DNA of 64,000 nucleotides from Clostridia bacterium (GTDB lineage Bacteria; Bacillota; Clostridia; UMGS1883): NCBI GenBank assembly GCA_030527235.1, contig JAUNBL010000001.1, positions 76,911 to 140,910 of the forward strand, read 5' to 3'. Shown piece by piece: positions 28,665 to 37,857 of this stretch (position 1 is its first letter; each line of letters starts with the position of its first letter). The notes under the pieces were generated by a model. It saw only the letters and a program-made list of their open reading frames with translations, ran no database searches and was not told where the DNA came from. The position numbers and the translations under genes were made by a program.

Positions 28665-29439
28665 TGTCCATAACCTCCTTTGTTAGATTTCTGTACGCAT
28701 CGGCAACCTTACCATTTTTGTCGTAGCTGTAAATGCTTTTGCCGACCGCAGAGGTTTCCGCCGCTTTTATCGAAAGCGGTATTTCCGTTTTGAAAACCTT
28801 AATGTGGTTGCCATAGGTGTTTCGGATAAGCTGAGATATATCCTTTGCAAGATTTGTGCGACCGTCAACCATAGTCAGCAGTATTCCGTTGATTTTAAGT
28901 GTCGGGTTAAGCTGCCGTTTAACCTTTGCAACCGTACTGAGCAACTGTTCAAGCCCTTTTGCCGGAAGGAAATGCGACTGCACGGGAATAATTACCTCAT
29001 TTGCCGCCGTGAGTGCGTTTATTGTAAGCATACCGAGCGACGGAGTGCAGTCTATCAGCACATAATCGTAATTGTCCTTTATCTGTGAAAGATAATTTTT
29101 CAGCACACGCTCACGGCTCATAGTGTTCACCAAAAATGTTTCCATCCCGGAAAGTTCAATGTTTGCCGGAATAAAGTCCACGCCCTCCGAATGATGTAAA
29201 ATACCCTCACTGTGTTCCGTCGGTTGCTCATTGATGCTCTTTTCCATAAGGCTTGAAATTGTAACCGACAATTCATCGGGATTTGGATAACCCAAGCATT
29301 GTGTTAAGCTGCCCTGTGCGTCATAGTCGATTAAAAGCACCTTTTTACCCTCGTTTGCAAGTCCGATACCTAAATTTACGGTAGTTGTTGTTTTGCCTGT
29401 TCCGCCTTTCTGATTTGATATTGCGATTATTTTACCCAT
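28624..29439 (-). CDS. parA: ParA/Soj-family ATPase
   Basis: NQKGGTGKTT deviant Walker A; LIDYDAQG; YVLIDCTPSLG. Confidence 0.95.
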   Translation of the reverse strand: MGKIIAISNQKGGTGKTTTTVNLGIGLANEGKKVLLIDYDAQGSLTQCLGYPNPDELSVTISSLMEKSINEQPTEHSEGILHHSEGVDFIPANIELSGMETFLVNTMSRERVLKNYLSQIKDNYDYVLIDCTPSLGMLTINALTAANEVIIPVQSHFLPAKGLEQLLSTVAKVKRQLNPTLKINGILLTMVDGRTNLAKDISQLIRNTYGNHIKVFKTEIPLSIKAAETSAVGKSIYSYDKNGKVADAYRNLTKEVMDNEQRTKHKSEIIR

Positions 29440-29632
29440 AAAAACCTTTCCTTTCATTTTCTAATCTTGATATAAGCATTTCTCCGTCAAGCCGTGTTAA
29501 GGCACGGAACCATTCGGAACGAAAAAAACGCTTGATTTCTGCTCTGCATTGCGGCGAATATGTATGCCTGTAATCTTTTACCGCTTGCAGAATTATGGCA
29601 TTTGCCAGCAGTTCGATATTTTCCACATACAC
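29432..29632 (-). CDS. Small hypothetical protein, 66 aa
   Basis: Between repA and parA; GGAGG RBS; overlaps parA start; LANAIILQAVKDYR. Confidence 0.7.
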   Translation of the reverse strand: MYVENIELLANAIILQAVKDYRHTYSPQCRAEIKRFFRSEWFRALTRLDGEMLISRLENERKGFYG

Positions 29633-29644
29633 CGCCTCCGATTC

Positions 29645-30661
29645 CTATACATTTGCCATATCGTATTTTACTTTTGCCGCAAACCAATTATCTGCCGTTT
29701 CAAACGACCGATAAATCGTTGTAATTAAAAATGCCCGGATATTCCGGACATCTGATGTGTTGCTCCGCAGGGCGAAGTCTATATATTCAATATGCGACGA
29801 GTCAATTTTTAAAAATCTGCTCTTTACAACCTCGTGAGGATATTCCTGTTTGTTTATGCGGATTGTCGGCTCGTCGCTGCATACCACATCGACCATAATT
29901 GCCACAATTTCATCAAGCCACGCCTTACTGTACCTTTCCGAGATAATGTCATAGTCAATGTTTTTCTTGATTAGCTTTTCATACTTTCGCCGATTTTCTA
30001 TCCATCGTATCGTATCAATGCCTTTTGGTGCAGGCAAGGGAGGAGAGTTATTCTCATTTCCACGATTGATAGGATAGGATATGATTTCAGTATCGCTCGA
30101 TTCAGTATTATTCTTTTCAGTATCGTTAAAATCAGTATAGTTATTATTAGTATTATTTGAGTATGATTTCGGAACTTCTTGAATTTCGATTTTCATATCT
30201 CTTGAAGTATGATTTTCATACTTCTGCAAGTTTGAATTTAATACTTCTTGATTTTCGATATTCATACTTTCGGTATTTTGATTTTCATACCGCTTTTCTT
30301 TTGGGTTATGTATAAAGTTTTTTACATAGATTATGTTCGGTCTGCCAAGCCCTTGTCGTTTGCGTTCAATAAGTCCGATTCCGTTTTCAAGCTCGTCAAG
30401 CAGCTTTAATGCCTTTTGCCTTGCACAACCGAAATCGCTCAAAATATCATCAATGGTGTAGATAATATATACACGATTTTCCTCGTCAAACCAACAGTTT
30501 TTAACCGATAAACTCATCCGGTCGAGCATAAAACTGTATAAGACCTTTGCTTCCACAGATATTCCGGCAAGCGTTTCATCTGTAAACAAGACTTTGGGAA
30601 TACGGTAAAACGAAAACTGCTCCGCTTGACTTCCGTAAAAATATTCAAATTGTATCGACAT
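29645..30661 (-). CDS. repA: RepA_N-family replication initiator
   Basis: FYRIPKVLF...AKVLYSFMLDRMSLS...W.DEENRVYIIYT...GLIERKRQGLGRPNIIYVK; AAAGGAGG RBS. Confidence 0.92.
   Translation of the reverse strand: MSIQFEYFYGSQAEQFSFYRIPKVLFTDETLAGISVEAKVLYSFMLDRMSLSVKNCWFDEENRVYIIYTIDDILSDFGCARQKALKLLDELENGIGLIERKRQGLGRPNIIYVKNFIHNPKEKRYENQNTESMNIENQEVLNSNLQKYENHTSRDMKIEIQEVPKSYSNNTNNNYTDFNDTEKNNTESSDTEIISYPINRGNENNSPPLPAPKGIDTIRWIENRRKYEKLIKKNIDYDIISERYSKAWLDEIVAIMVDVVCSDEPTIRINKQEYPHEVVKSRFLKIDSSHIEYIDFALRSNTSDVRNIRAFLITTIYRSFETADNWFAAKVKYDMANV
30160..30297. repeat. Six tandem imperfect 23-bp iterons inside repA (candidate oriV)
   Basis: Units start at 30160, 30183, 30206, 30229, 30252, 30275; consensus about AGTATGATTTTCATACTTCTTGA; period not divisible by 3. 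Confidence 0.8.
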
Positions 30662-30692
30662 TGTTGTGCCTCCTTTCCGTGTGTGATTGCAT

Positions 30693-30729
30693 AAAAAAGA
30701 ACGCCTTATGGTTTGTTATAAAGCGTTCT
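30693..30729 (-). terminator. Terminator/attenuator in the repA leader
   Basis: Minus strand AGAACGCTTTAT...ATAAGGCGTTCT then TTTTTATGC. Confidence 0.7.
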
Positions 30730-30907
30730 CAGTTGATATTTTATTAAATTTTGACCTCCTTTTGCAGGGTATAACTTTTGTCTTTAACTTAACATTACCG
30801 TTATTAAAGACGAAAATCTTGTAAATTTCGGGTTGGAAAAAGAACTGAAATATATCAAGATAAATCGCAAAATCCCTGATTTTATGCGGCTTTCACCGTT
30901 TGTCTTT

Positions 30908-30916
30908 ATTATACCA
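30908..30916 (-). promoter_or_regulatory. Extended -10 box at the ICE terminus reading toward repA
   Basis: TGGTATAAT on minus strand within a few bp of the junction; no recognisable -35 in the flanking DNA. Confidence 0.55.
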
Positions 30917-30919
30917 TAG

Positions 30920-31081
30920 GGGCATTCGCACGCTTCGTTGTTAATCGAACTTGGCTTTCAGCCTTTGTTAGTATCAGAGAGATTGGGACACGAGAACATT
31001 GAAACGACGCTTCAAACGTACTCACATTTGTACCCAAACAAACAGCGTGAAGTAGCTGATAAACTAAGAAGTATCGTATAA
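30920..31081 (+). pseudogene. 3' remnant of a tyrosine recombinase/integrase
   Basis: Translates HSHASLLIELGFQPLLVSERLGHENIETTLQTYSHLYPNKQREVADKLRSIV* (box II with LGH and catalytic Tyr); in-frame TAG at 30917-30919 truncates it upstream. Confidence 0.9.
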
Positions 31082-31106
31082 ATCCGACCGATACAATTTT
31101 AATTTA

Positions 31107-31127
31107 TAGTACGCTTTTAGTACGCTT
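31107..31127 (+). repeat. Direct repeat TAGTACGCTT x2, candidate integrase arm-binding sites
   Basis: Exact 10-mers at 31107 and 31118, between integrase stop and guaA 3' end. Confidence 0.6.
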
Positions 31128-31136
31128 AACGATTTT

Positions 31137-31180
31137 AAGTCCCCGAAAAGCCCCATTTTATGCGGGTTTCAGGGGATTTA
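31137..31180. terminator. Imperfect hairpin between convergent integrase remnant and guaA
   Basis: AAGTCCCCGAAA...TTTCAGGGGATTT imperfect inverted repeat. Confidence 0.45.
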
Positions 31181-31184
31181 GTCG

Positions 31185-32717
31185 TTATTCCCACTCGATA
31201 GTAGCCGGAGGTTTGGAGGTGATGTCGTAGACGATACGGTTTATATGAGGGACTTCGTTGACAATGCGATTGGATACTCTCTCTAAAACGTCGTAAGGAA
31301 TGCGCGCCCAGTCCGCCGTCATAAAGTCGGTTGTGGTCACGGCGCGGAGAGCAATTGTGTAATCGTAGGTGCGTTCGTCCCCCATCACGCCAACGCTTCG
31401 CATGTCGGTAATCACGGCAAAGTACTGATTTATGTTTCTGTCAAGTTTGGCGACTGATAATTCCTCGCGGAAAATCGCGTCTGCTTCACGCAAGATATCA
31501 AGTTTGTCTTTCGTAATGCAGCCTATTACTCTTACGGCGAGCCCGGGTCCGGGGAACGGTTGACGCCACACAAGATTGTCCGGAATACCAAGCGCAGTAC
31601 CGAGTGCGCGAACCTCGTCCTTAAAAAGCATACGCAAAGGCTCCACAATTTCCTTAAATTTAATGACGTCGGGAAGCGCACCCACATTATGATGACTTTT
31701 GATTTTTGCGCTTTTTCCGCTGCCGGATTCAACAACATCGGGATAAATAGTGCCTTGGACAAGATAGTCAACCTCGCCGATTTTATTGGCTTCGTCCTCA
31801 AAAACGCGAATAAACTCCTCGCCGATAATGCGGCGCTTTTGTTCAGGTTCACGCACGTTGGCAAGTTTTGAGAGGAAGCGTTCCTCGCAGTTGACTCGAA
31901 TAAGGTTTATGTCAAACTGTTTGGTGAATACTTCTTCGACTTCATCGCCTTCGTTTTTACGTAAAAGACCGTGGTCAACAAATATACACGTGAGATTCTT
32001 CCCGACGGCGCGAGACAAAAGCACTGCAGCAACTGAGCTGTCCACCCCGCCTGAGAGCGCGCACAGCACTTTCTTACCGGCGTATTTTTCTTTCGCCTGC
32101 GCAATATAGTTTGCAGCGTAGTCTGCCATCTGCCAGTCGCCTTTGCAGCCGCATATGCCGTAGAGGAAATTACGCAGCATGTCAAATCCGCGAGGCGTGT
32201 GGTTTACTTCGGGGTGAAACTGCACAGCGTAAAGCTTTTGGGCGGGATTTTCAAATGCGGCTACGGGACAAGTATCAGTCTCGGCCGTAACGCTGAAGCC
32301 TGAGGGGACGCTGTCAACATAATATGTATGGCTCATCCAGCATTGAGTTTCGCTTTCCATGTTTTCAAAAAGACGGCTCTGCCCGAGGCGAAGCGTCATT
32401 TTGCCGTACTCTCTGCTGTCTGCGCGCTTAACGCTGCCGCCGAGCATATGGCTCATGAGCTGAGCCCCATAGCAAATGCCGAGCACGGGAACGCCAAGCT
32501 CAAAGATGGCCTTATCACACATCGGAGCGTCTGAATCGCATACTGTGGCGGGACCACCGGTGAAGATTATTCCCTTGGGTCTGCAGGCGCGAATTTCGTC
32601 AATTGTACGTGTATAAGCAAGCACCTCGCAGTAAACGTTCGCTTCGCGTACGCGGCGTGCAATCAGCTGATTGTATTGGCCGCCAAAGTCTATTACCAAA
32701 ATAGTTTCCTTGTCCAT
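31185..32717 (-). CDS. guaA: GMP synthase (glutamine-hydrolysing)
   Basis: [41 protein letters not shown]. Confidence 0.98.
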   Translation of the reverse strand: MDKETILVIDFGGQYNQLIARRVREANVYCEVLAYTRTIDEIRACRPKGIIFTGGPATVCDSDAPMCDKAIFELGVPVLGICYGAQLMSHMLGGSVKRADSREYGKMTLRLGQSRLFENMESETQCWMSHTYYVDSVPSGFSVTAETDTCPVAAFENPAQKLYAVQFHPEVNHTPRGFDMLRNFLYGICGCKGDWQMADYAANYIAQAKEKYAGKKVLCALSGGVDSSVAAVLLSRAVGKNLTCIFVDHGLLRKNEGDEVEEVFTKQFDINLIRVNCEERFLSKLANVREPEQKRRIIGEEFIRVFEDEANKIGEVDYLVQGTIYPDVVESGSGKSAKIKSHHNVGALPDVIKFKEIVEPLRMLFKDEVRALGTALGIPDNLVWRQPFPGPGLAVRVIGCITKDKLDILREADAIFREELSVAKLDRNINQYFAVITDMRSVGVMGDERTYDYTIALRAVTTTDFMTADWARIPYDVLERVSNRIVNEVPHINRIVYDITSKPPATIEWE

Positions 32718-32736
32718 TAAAGCACCTCCGTAAAAA

Positions 32737-33138
32737 TTAAAACCGACGCTTTCTGTGCATCAGATAATTCGTAAGTTCAAATAATAAAAACCATACGATG
32801 AGTATGACAAAAGTGTATAATGTAAATTGCAGGCAATTCCAAAGCGCACTGCTATTTCCAATGCAATATACGGCGGCTCTTGCCGCGCCTACTATGAGTA
32901 CGATAACGCTGCATTTCAAGAATGAAGAGAACACGCTCTTCTCGGTAACAAACGCATTTATCACCGAAACGACTGCCAAGTAAAGAGGTACGAGCATTAT
33001 TCCGACAATGTCGGCAAGAAACAAAAAGCCCATAAAATAATTAAGCGAGGCAAAGCTTTCGCTTAAGAGAAGCCCTATGTAGCACGCCGCATGATAGCAA
33101 AACGGCATATAAAACCAAAAAGGTCTCACGCCAAACAC
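32737..33138 (-). CDS. Small multi-pass membrane protein (start uncertain)
   Basis: About four hydrophobic segments, basic C-terminus, AGGAGG near the start. Confidence 0.65.
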   Translation of the reverse strand: MFGVRPFWFYMPFCYHAACYIGLLLSESFASLNYFMGFLFLADIVGIMLVPLYLAVVSVINAFVTEKSVFSSFLKCSVIVLIVGAARAAVYCIGNSSALWNCLQFTLYTFVILIVWFLLFELTNYLMHRKRRF

Positions 33139-33321
33139 CTCCTAAATAATATAATAACATACTTTTTTCATATTACAAGTTTTTTCGCGCGAAAAAAAGA
33201 CTGTGATTTGCGTGGAGGGTTACGGGCGTATTGTAAACGCGCAGAATGTCAAAGAGGGCAAGTAACCGCTGTATCTTGTCCACTTTGACATTCATGCGGA
33301 GGCCGCTACTTTCAGCCTTTT

Positions 33322-34260
33322 TTACATACTTATCATTGTGCCGCTCTCGCCTCGAATTGCAAGGGGAGCTTTTTTCAGCGCCGCAATAACACATTTTCTG
33401 CCATGCTTGCTTTCGGCAAACTTGATAGCCGCGCGAACCTTTGGAAGCATGCTTCCTGCGGCAAAATGCCCTTCGTCACAATAGCGGCGCGCTTGGTCCG
33501 TTGTCATGTGCTCAATCTCGCGCTGATTTTCCCTGCCAAAATTTATTGCCACTCGCTCCACTGCAGTCAGGATGAACAGATACTCAGCGTCTACCATCTG
33601 CGCTAAAAGCGCGGCGGAAAAGTCCTTGTCGATAACGGCATCGACACCTTCGTAATCGCCGCTTCCACGGCGGATGACCGGTACGCCACCCCCGCCGCAG
33701 GCGATAACGACGAACTCGTTGTCAAGAAGGTTCAGAATCGAATCACGTTCGACAATGTGGACCGGCATGGGGCTTGGAACCATGCGCCGCCAGCCGCGGT
33801 TAGCGTCGGGCGCAAACACCTGCCCTGTTTCCTCCATAATTGTTTTTGCCTCTTCTTCGCTGTAATAACCCCCGATGGGTTTTGTCGGGTTTTGAAATGC
33901 GCTGTCTGCGGGGTCAACCACCACCTGTGTAACCATTGATGCAACATGCCACGGCATCTTTTGCGCACGCAGCTCGTGTACAATGCCTTTTTGAAGGTGG
34001 TAGCCTATATATCCCTGACTCATCGCGGTGCATTCGGGCATCGGCATAACGGGAATTTTAGGGAGTTTTTTTGCACCCTCGGCAAATGCGAGGTTTATCG
34101 TGCCCACCTGCGGTCCGTTGCCGTGAGTAAGAATGATTTCATAGCCTTGGGAGATGAGTCCTACGAGCGAGGGCGCGGCATCGGCAATTCGCGCCTGTTG
34201 CTCTTGTGCGTTGTCTCCCAAAGCGTTGCCGCCCAGCGCAATGACTATTCGAGACGCCAT
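33322..34260 (-). CDS. arcC: Carbamate kinase (start revised to ATG 34260)
   Basis: VIALGGNAL, THGNGPQVG, NPTKPIG, GGGGVPV, AVIDKD, GSMLPKV. Confidence 0.96.
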   Translation of the reverse strand: MASRIVIALGGNALGDNAQEQQARIADAAPSLVGLISQGYEIILTHGNGPQVGTINLAFAEGAKKLPKIPVMPMPECTAMSQGYIGYHLQKGIVHELRAQKMPWHVASMVTQVVVDPADSAFQNPTKPIGGYYSEEEAKTIMEETGQVFAPDANRGWRRMVPSPMPVHIVERDSILNLLDNEFVVIACGGGGVPVIRRGSGDYEGVDAVIDKDFSAALLAQMVDAEYLFILTAVERVAINFGRENQREIEHMTTDQARRYCDEGHFAAGSMLPKVRAAIKFAESKHGRKCVIAALKKAPLAIRGESGTMISM

Positions 34261-34264
34261 ACAA

Positions 34265-35362
34265 TCACCTCTTGACCGCCGGAATCTGTTGCGTAATGCA
34301 GTGAATATTACCTCCGCCAAGCAGAATTTCGCGTGCGTCTATTCCTATAATTTCTCTGTCGGGAAAGGCTTCTTTTAGTGTTTTTGCGGCATTGTCATCG
34401 TTTGCATCGCCAAGACGCGGAAAGATGATTGCACCGTTTACAATATAGAAATTTGCATAGGAGGCGGCTAACCTGTCACCCTCTTGCCGCGGGAGAGTAC
34501 CTTCGACAGCATCTACGCCTTCACTCTCTTCTTTGGTGATGAGTACGGGTTTTGGAAGCATGAGTTTATGAATCTTAATCTTTCTGCCTTTGGCATCACT
34601 TTCGCGTTCGAGAATTTCCAGGCATTCTTGACATATTTCATACTGAGGGTCGCTTTTATCCTCGGTCCATGCGAGAATTGCTTCGCCGGGCTTTACAAAA
34701 GAGAAGATGTTGTCTACATGGCCGTTTGTTTCATCAAGATATATGCCGCGCTTTAGCCAAATAATTTTCTCAAGGTTGAGATATTCTTTGAGCGTACTTT
34801 CAATTTCTTCCTTTGTAAGATGACTGTTGCGCCCTTCGCTCAAAAGACATTCCTCAGTGGTGACGAGAGTTCCTTCGCCATCGACATGAATAGAGCCGCC
34901 TTCCAAAATAAACCCTTTTGTGCGATATGAATCCACCCGCTCTATCTCGCAGACCTTCTGCGCAAGCGAATCATCTTTATCCCAAGGAAAGTACAGCCCG
35001 TCCACTAAGCCGCCCCATGAATTGAACTCCCAGTCCACGCCGCGTATTTCACTGCCGTTTGTGACAAAGGTGGGACCGCAGTCACGCATCCAGGAGTCGT
35101 TGTTGGAAATTTCCACAACGCGGATATTTTCCGGCAGCATATGGCGAGCGTTTGCGTATTGATCATAGTTTACCGCTACGGTGACAGGTTCAAAGCGCGC
35201 TATAGCCTTTGCTACCTCCACAAAGGTGTGCTGCGCCATTTTTCCGCCCAGACGCCAATTATCCGGACGCTGAGGCCAAATTATATACGTTCCCGCATGC
35301 GGCTCAAATTCGCCGGGCATACGAAACCCGTCGCTTTTAGGGGTAGAGGTTAAAGATTTCAT
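34265..35362 (-). CDS. aguA: Agmatine deiminase
   Basis: [46 protein letters not shown]. Confidence 0.97.
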   Translation of the reverse strand: MKSLTSTPKSDGFRMPGEFEPHAGTYIIWPQRPDNWRLGGKMAQHTFVEVAKAIARFEPVTVAVNYDQYANARHMLPENIRVVEISNNDSWMRDCGPTFVTNGSEIRGVDWEFNSWGGLVDGLYFPWDKDDSLAQKVCEIERVDSYRTKGFILEGGSIHVDGEGTLVTTEECLLSEGRNSHLTKEEIESTLKEYLNLEKIIWLKRGIYLDETNGHVDNIFSFVKPGEAILAWTEDKSDPQYEICQECLEILERESDAKGRKIKIHKLMLPKPVLITKEESEGVDAVEGTLPRQEGDRLAASYANFYIVNGAIIFPRLGDANDDNAAKTLKEAFPDREIIGIDAREILLGGGNIHCITQQIPAVKR

Positions 35363-36714
35363 GAAGAAACTTCCTTTCCTGCCTTTGCGGCAATGATTTC
35401 TCCTATAACAACAGCGATGATAGTACCTATCAGGAGTGGTATTTTTTCTCCCATCTCAGCGCCGCTAAACGGTATTATGCTGAACAGTACGCTTATGACA
35501 AGCAGCACAAGCGGGACATATGTCATCAGCGCAAGGCGTGTGCTGCCGCCGTTTACCTTATACGGGCGCGGTGTTTTGGGGTCTATGCGGCGAAGTTTGA
35601 GAAACGCGGGAAACATCAGCACGTATGACAGCAGCAGCGTAATCATGTTAAGCGCGAAAAAACTCCAGAACAAATCCTCGCTCGGAATGAGCGGCGCAAT
35701 GAGAACGATGGCAGAAGCTATTACGCCGTTGGCAATGTTGGCGCCTTGAGGCATATCACTTTTGCTCTTGTAGGAGAAAACTTTGGGCAGACTGCCCTGT
35801 GAAGCCGCGTACTGCGCAACATAGTTAACTCCGAGCGACCATGAAATGAGGTTTGCAATAAGAGTGTAAAGAAACATCAGCCCGAAAAGAATAATCAGAA
35901 TTCCGCCGCTTGACTGCGTCAAGAGCATGAAGCTCTCAATGAGTCCGCTCGATGCCGACAGCTCCTCTACCGGTATGGCAACGCTTATTCCGAACGCTGC
36001 AAGCAGATAGAAAATCGCAATAAACGTACCGCCGAGGATTATGGCGCGCGGTATCTCTTTGCTGGGGTTTTTCATTTGTGAAGCAAACGTTGTCACTACT
36101 TCAAAGCCAAGGAAATTGAAAATAATGACCGAAATGTTTGACAAGCTTCCCACATCCAGACCGGGTACAAGCGAAGTGAGGGTAAAAGTATTTGCCGCGC
36201 CGCGTGTGACGGCGGCGTATATACCGAGGCCGCCGATAGCGAGCATGATTGCAGCTTTGAAGAAAGCTGCAATATTCAGAATCCATTTGCTTTCGCTTAC
36301 CGAATAGCTGCTCACGGCGACAACAAGCCATATGAAAAGCAGCTGAATCAAGAGCAACGGGAAAGTGCCGATATTAATACTGAATATCTGCATCAAGACA
36401 TCGGTGAAGAGTACGGCAAGCGAGCCCATCCACAGCGGAAAGTTAATATAGTAATACCACGCTACTCTGCTGCCCCACTTCACGCCGTAGGCGCGCTTGA
36501 CCCAGTCGTATATGCCGCCCTCATCTTCGTAGGTAGTTCCCAATTCTGCGGAAATTTGCGCATAGGGCAGGAAAAACCCGATGAGCAGAAATATCCACCA
36601 AAAAAACTGCGAATTTCCGATGGCGGCCGCCGGCGCCGCGGACTCTACCACCAGCACTACGCAGACCGCCGCGAGAACTGCGTCGAGCAATCTAAATTTC
36701 TTTGCTTTCGGCAT
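35359..36714 (-). CDS. aguD: Agmatine/putrescine antiporter (APC family)
   Basis: About 12 TM segments, [17 protein letters not shown]; between aguB and aguA. Confidence 0.9.
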   Translation of the reverse strand: MPKAKKFRLLDAVLAAVCVVLVVESAAPAAAIGNSQFFWWIFLLIGFFLPYAQISAELGTTYEDEGGIYDWVKRAYGVKWGSRVAWYYYINFPLWMGSLAVLFTDVLMQIFSINIGTFPLLLIQLLFIWLVVAVSSYSVSESKWILNIAAFFKAAIMLAIGGLGIYAAVTRGAANTFTLTSLVPGLDVGSLSNISVIIFNFLGFEVVTTFASQMKNPSKEIPRAIILGGTFIAIFYLLAAFGISVAIPVEELSASSGLIESFMLLTQSSGGILIILFGLMFLYTLIANLISWSLGVNYVAQYAASQGSLPKVFSYKSKSDMPQGANIANGVIASAIVLIAPLIPSEDLFWSFFALNMITLLLSYVLMFPAFLKLRRIDPKTPRPYKVNGGSTRLALMTYVPLVLLVISVLFSIIPFSGAEMGEKIPLLIGTIIAVVIGEIIAAKAGKEVSS

Positions 36715-36716
36715 AA

Positions 36717-37724
36717 TTACAATACCTTGGACAGGGCGTGGCAGACTTCCGCTTTTACCGCCGCGCTGCGCTCGCTTTCTGAAATTTTATCGCGGAGAAG
36801 ATAGACCAGAATAGCGCGCATCGCCGTGAGGCGGTTTTCCGCTTCGTCAAAGGCGATAGAGTAATGCGCGTCCAGCACCTCGTCTGTGACCTCTTCACCG
36901 CGTGTGGCTGGCAAGCAGTGTAAAAACTTTGCATGAGGCTCTGCTTTTGCCATCATTTGCGCCGTAACTTGATACTTGGGCATAAATATCGCGAGCCGCT
37001 CTTCGCGGGAAAGCTCCTTGTCGTAGAGGCCGTACCATACGTCTGTGTATACGAAGTCCGCTCCGCTGAGCGCCGTGTCCTCGTCTTCTGTAACGCTCAC
37101 GCTGCCGCCGCTTTCGGCACAGTTGCGCTTTCCTATGGCGAGCATGGTTTCAGAAAGCTGTTTTTCTCTGGGTCCGAACTGTACGAAATCCATACCGAGC
37201 TTGGTGGTCATCATCATTGTCGAGGCGCAAACCTGCGTAGCATCGCCGACAAAGACTATCTTACAGTCCTCTATTCTTTTACCGCAGGGCAGATGCTCAA
37301 CCATGGTAGTAGCGTCACCTATTTCCTGTGTAGGATGATTGTAATCTGACATTCCGTTTATCACAGGCACACTTGCACAGCGGGCAAGATTAGCAACGGT
37401 TTCGTGCCTGTCCACGCGCGCCATGATAATGTCTACTAAGCGGGAAAGCACTTTTGCCGTGTCCTCCATTGTTTCGTGTCCGCCGAGCTGTATCTGACCC
37501 GGGGCTAAATACTGCGCGTGTCCGCCGAGCTGTGCCATTGCCGTTTCAAAAGAAACCCTTGTGCGTGTGGAGCTTTGCTCAAATATCATGCCAAGGTTTT
37601 TGTTTTTAAGAAGCGGCGGGTAGTAGCCATGCTTTATGGACTTTTTAATCGCGAGTCCCAGGTCAATCATGTTGAGGATTTCCTCTTTGGTAAAGTCCTG
37701 TGTGTCAATAAGATGTTTCAGCAT
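36717..37724 (-). CDS. aguB: Putrescine carbamoyltransferase
   Basis: [31 protein letters not shown] loop; operon context. Confidence 0.93.
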   Translation of the reverse strand: MLKHLIDTQDFTKEEILNMIDLGLAIKKSIKHGYYPPLLKNKNLGMIFEQSSTRTRVSFETAMAQLGGHAQYLAPGQIQLGGHETMEDTAKVLSRLVDIIMARVDRHETVANLARCASVPVINGMSDYNHPTQEIGDATTMVEHLPCGKRIEDCKIVFVGDATQVCASTMMMTTKLGMDFVQFGPREKQLSETMLAIGKRNCAESGGSVSVTEDEDTALSGADFVYTDVWYGLYDKELSREERLAIFMPKYQVTAQMMAKAEPHAKFLHCLPATRGEEVTDEVLDAHYSIAFDEAENRLTAMRAILVYLLRDKISESERSAAVKAEVCHALSKVL

Positions 37725-37857
37725 ATTTTTACCTCCCGAATTATTCTTCTAACACAGTATTTCCAAAAAAAATGTGAGTATACAAATTTCATGTTTACAT
37801 TTCAACGTTTTGTGTTATATAATCTTTGCAAGAAACTATTTCGGGAGGGAAACTGCC

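Larger units (their letters stand above)
1..30922 (-). mobile_element. Integrative conjugative element (left part; continues beyond position 1), MOBP-type relaxase/VirD4 with RepA_N-ParAB module
   Basis: Co-oriented minus-strand repA, parA, parB, helicase-methylase, mobC, relaxase, pcfB-like and virD4 genes. Abrupt junction at ~30,919-30,922 (ATACCATAGGGGCATTCG) with a truncated tyrosine integrase. The ICE's own recombinase is not in the window. Confidence 0.9.

Noticed and set aside
30160-30297. 23-bp repeats as a CRISPR array
   Set aside because: Contiguous degenerate units with no spacers, inside repA; fits iterons.
31185-31200. guaA 3' end as the attachment site of the large ICE itself
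   Set aside because: The integrase remnant lies between the ICE end and guaA, so the guaA site more likely belongs to the older element; the duplicate core cannot be checked in this window.
33140-33320. Purine riboswitch upstream of guaA
   Set aside because: Core riboswitch motifs not found in the right arrangement, and a membrane-protein gene intervenes.
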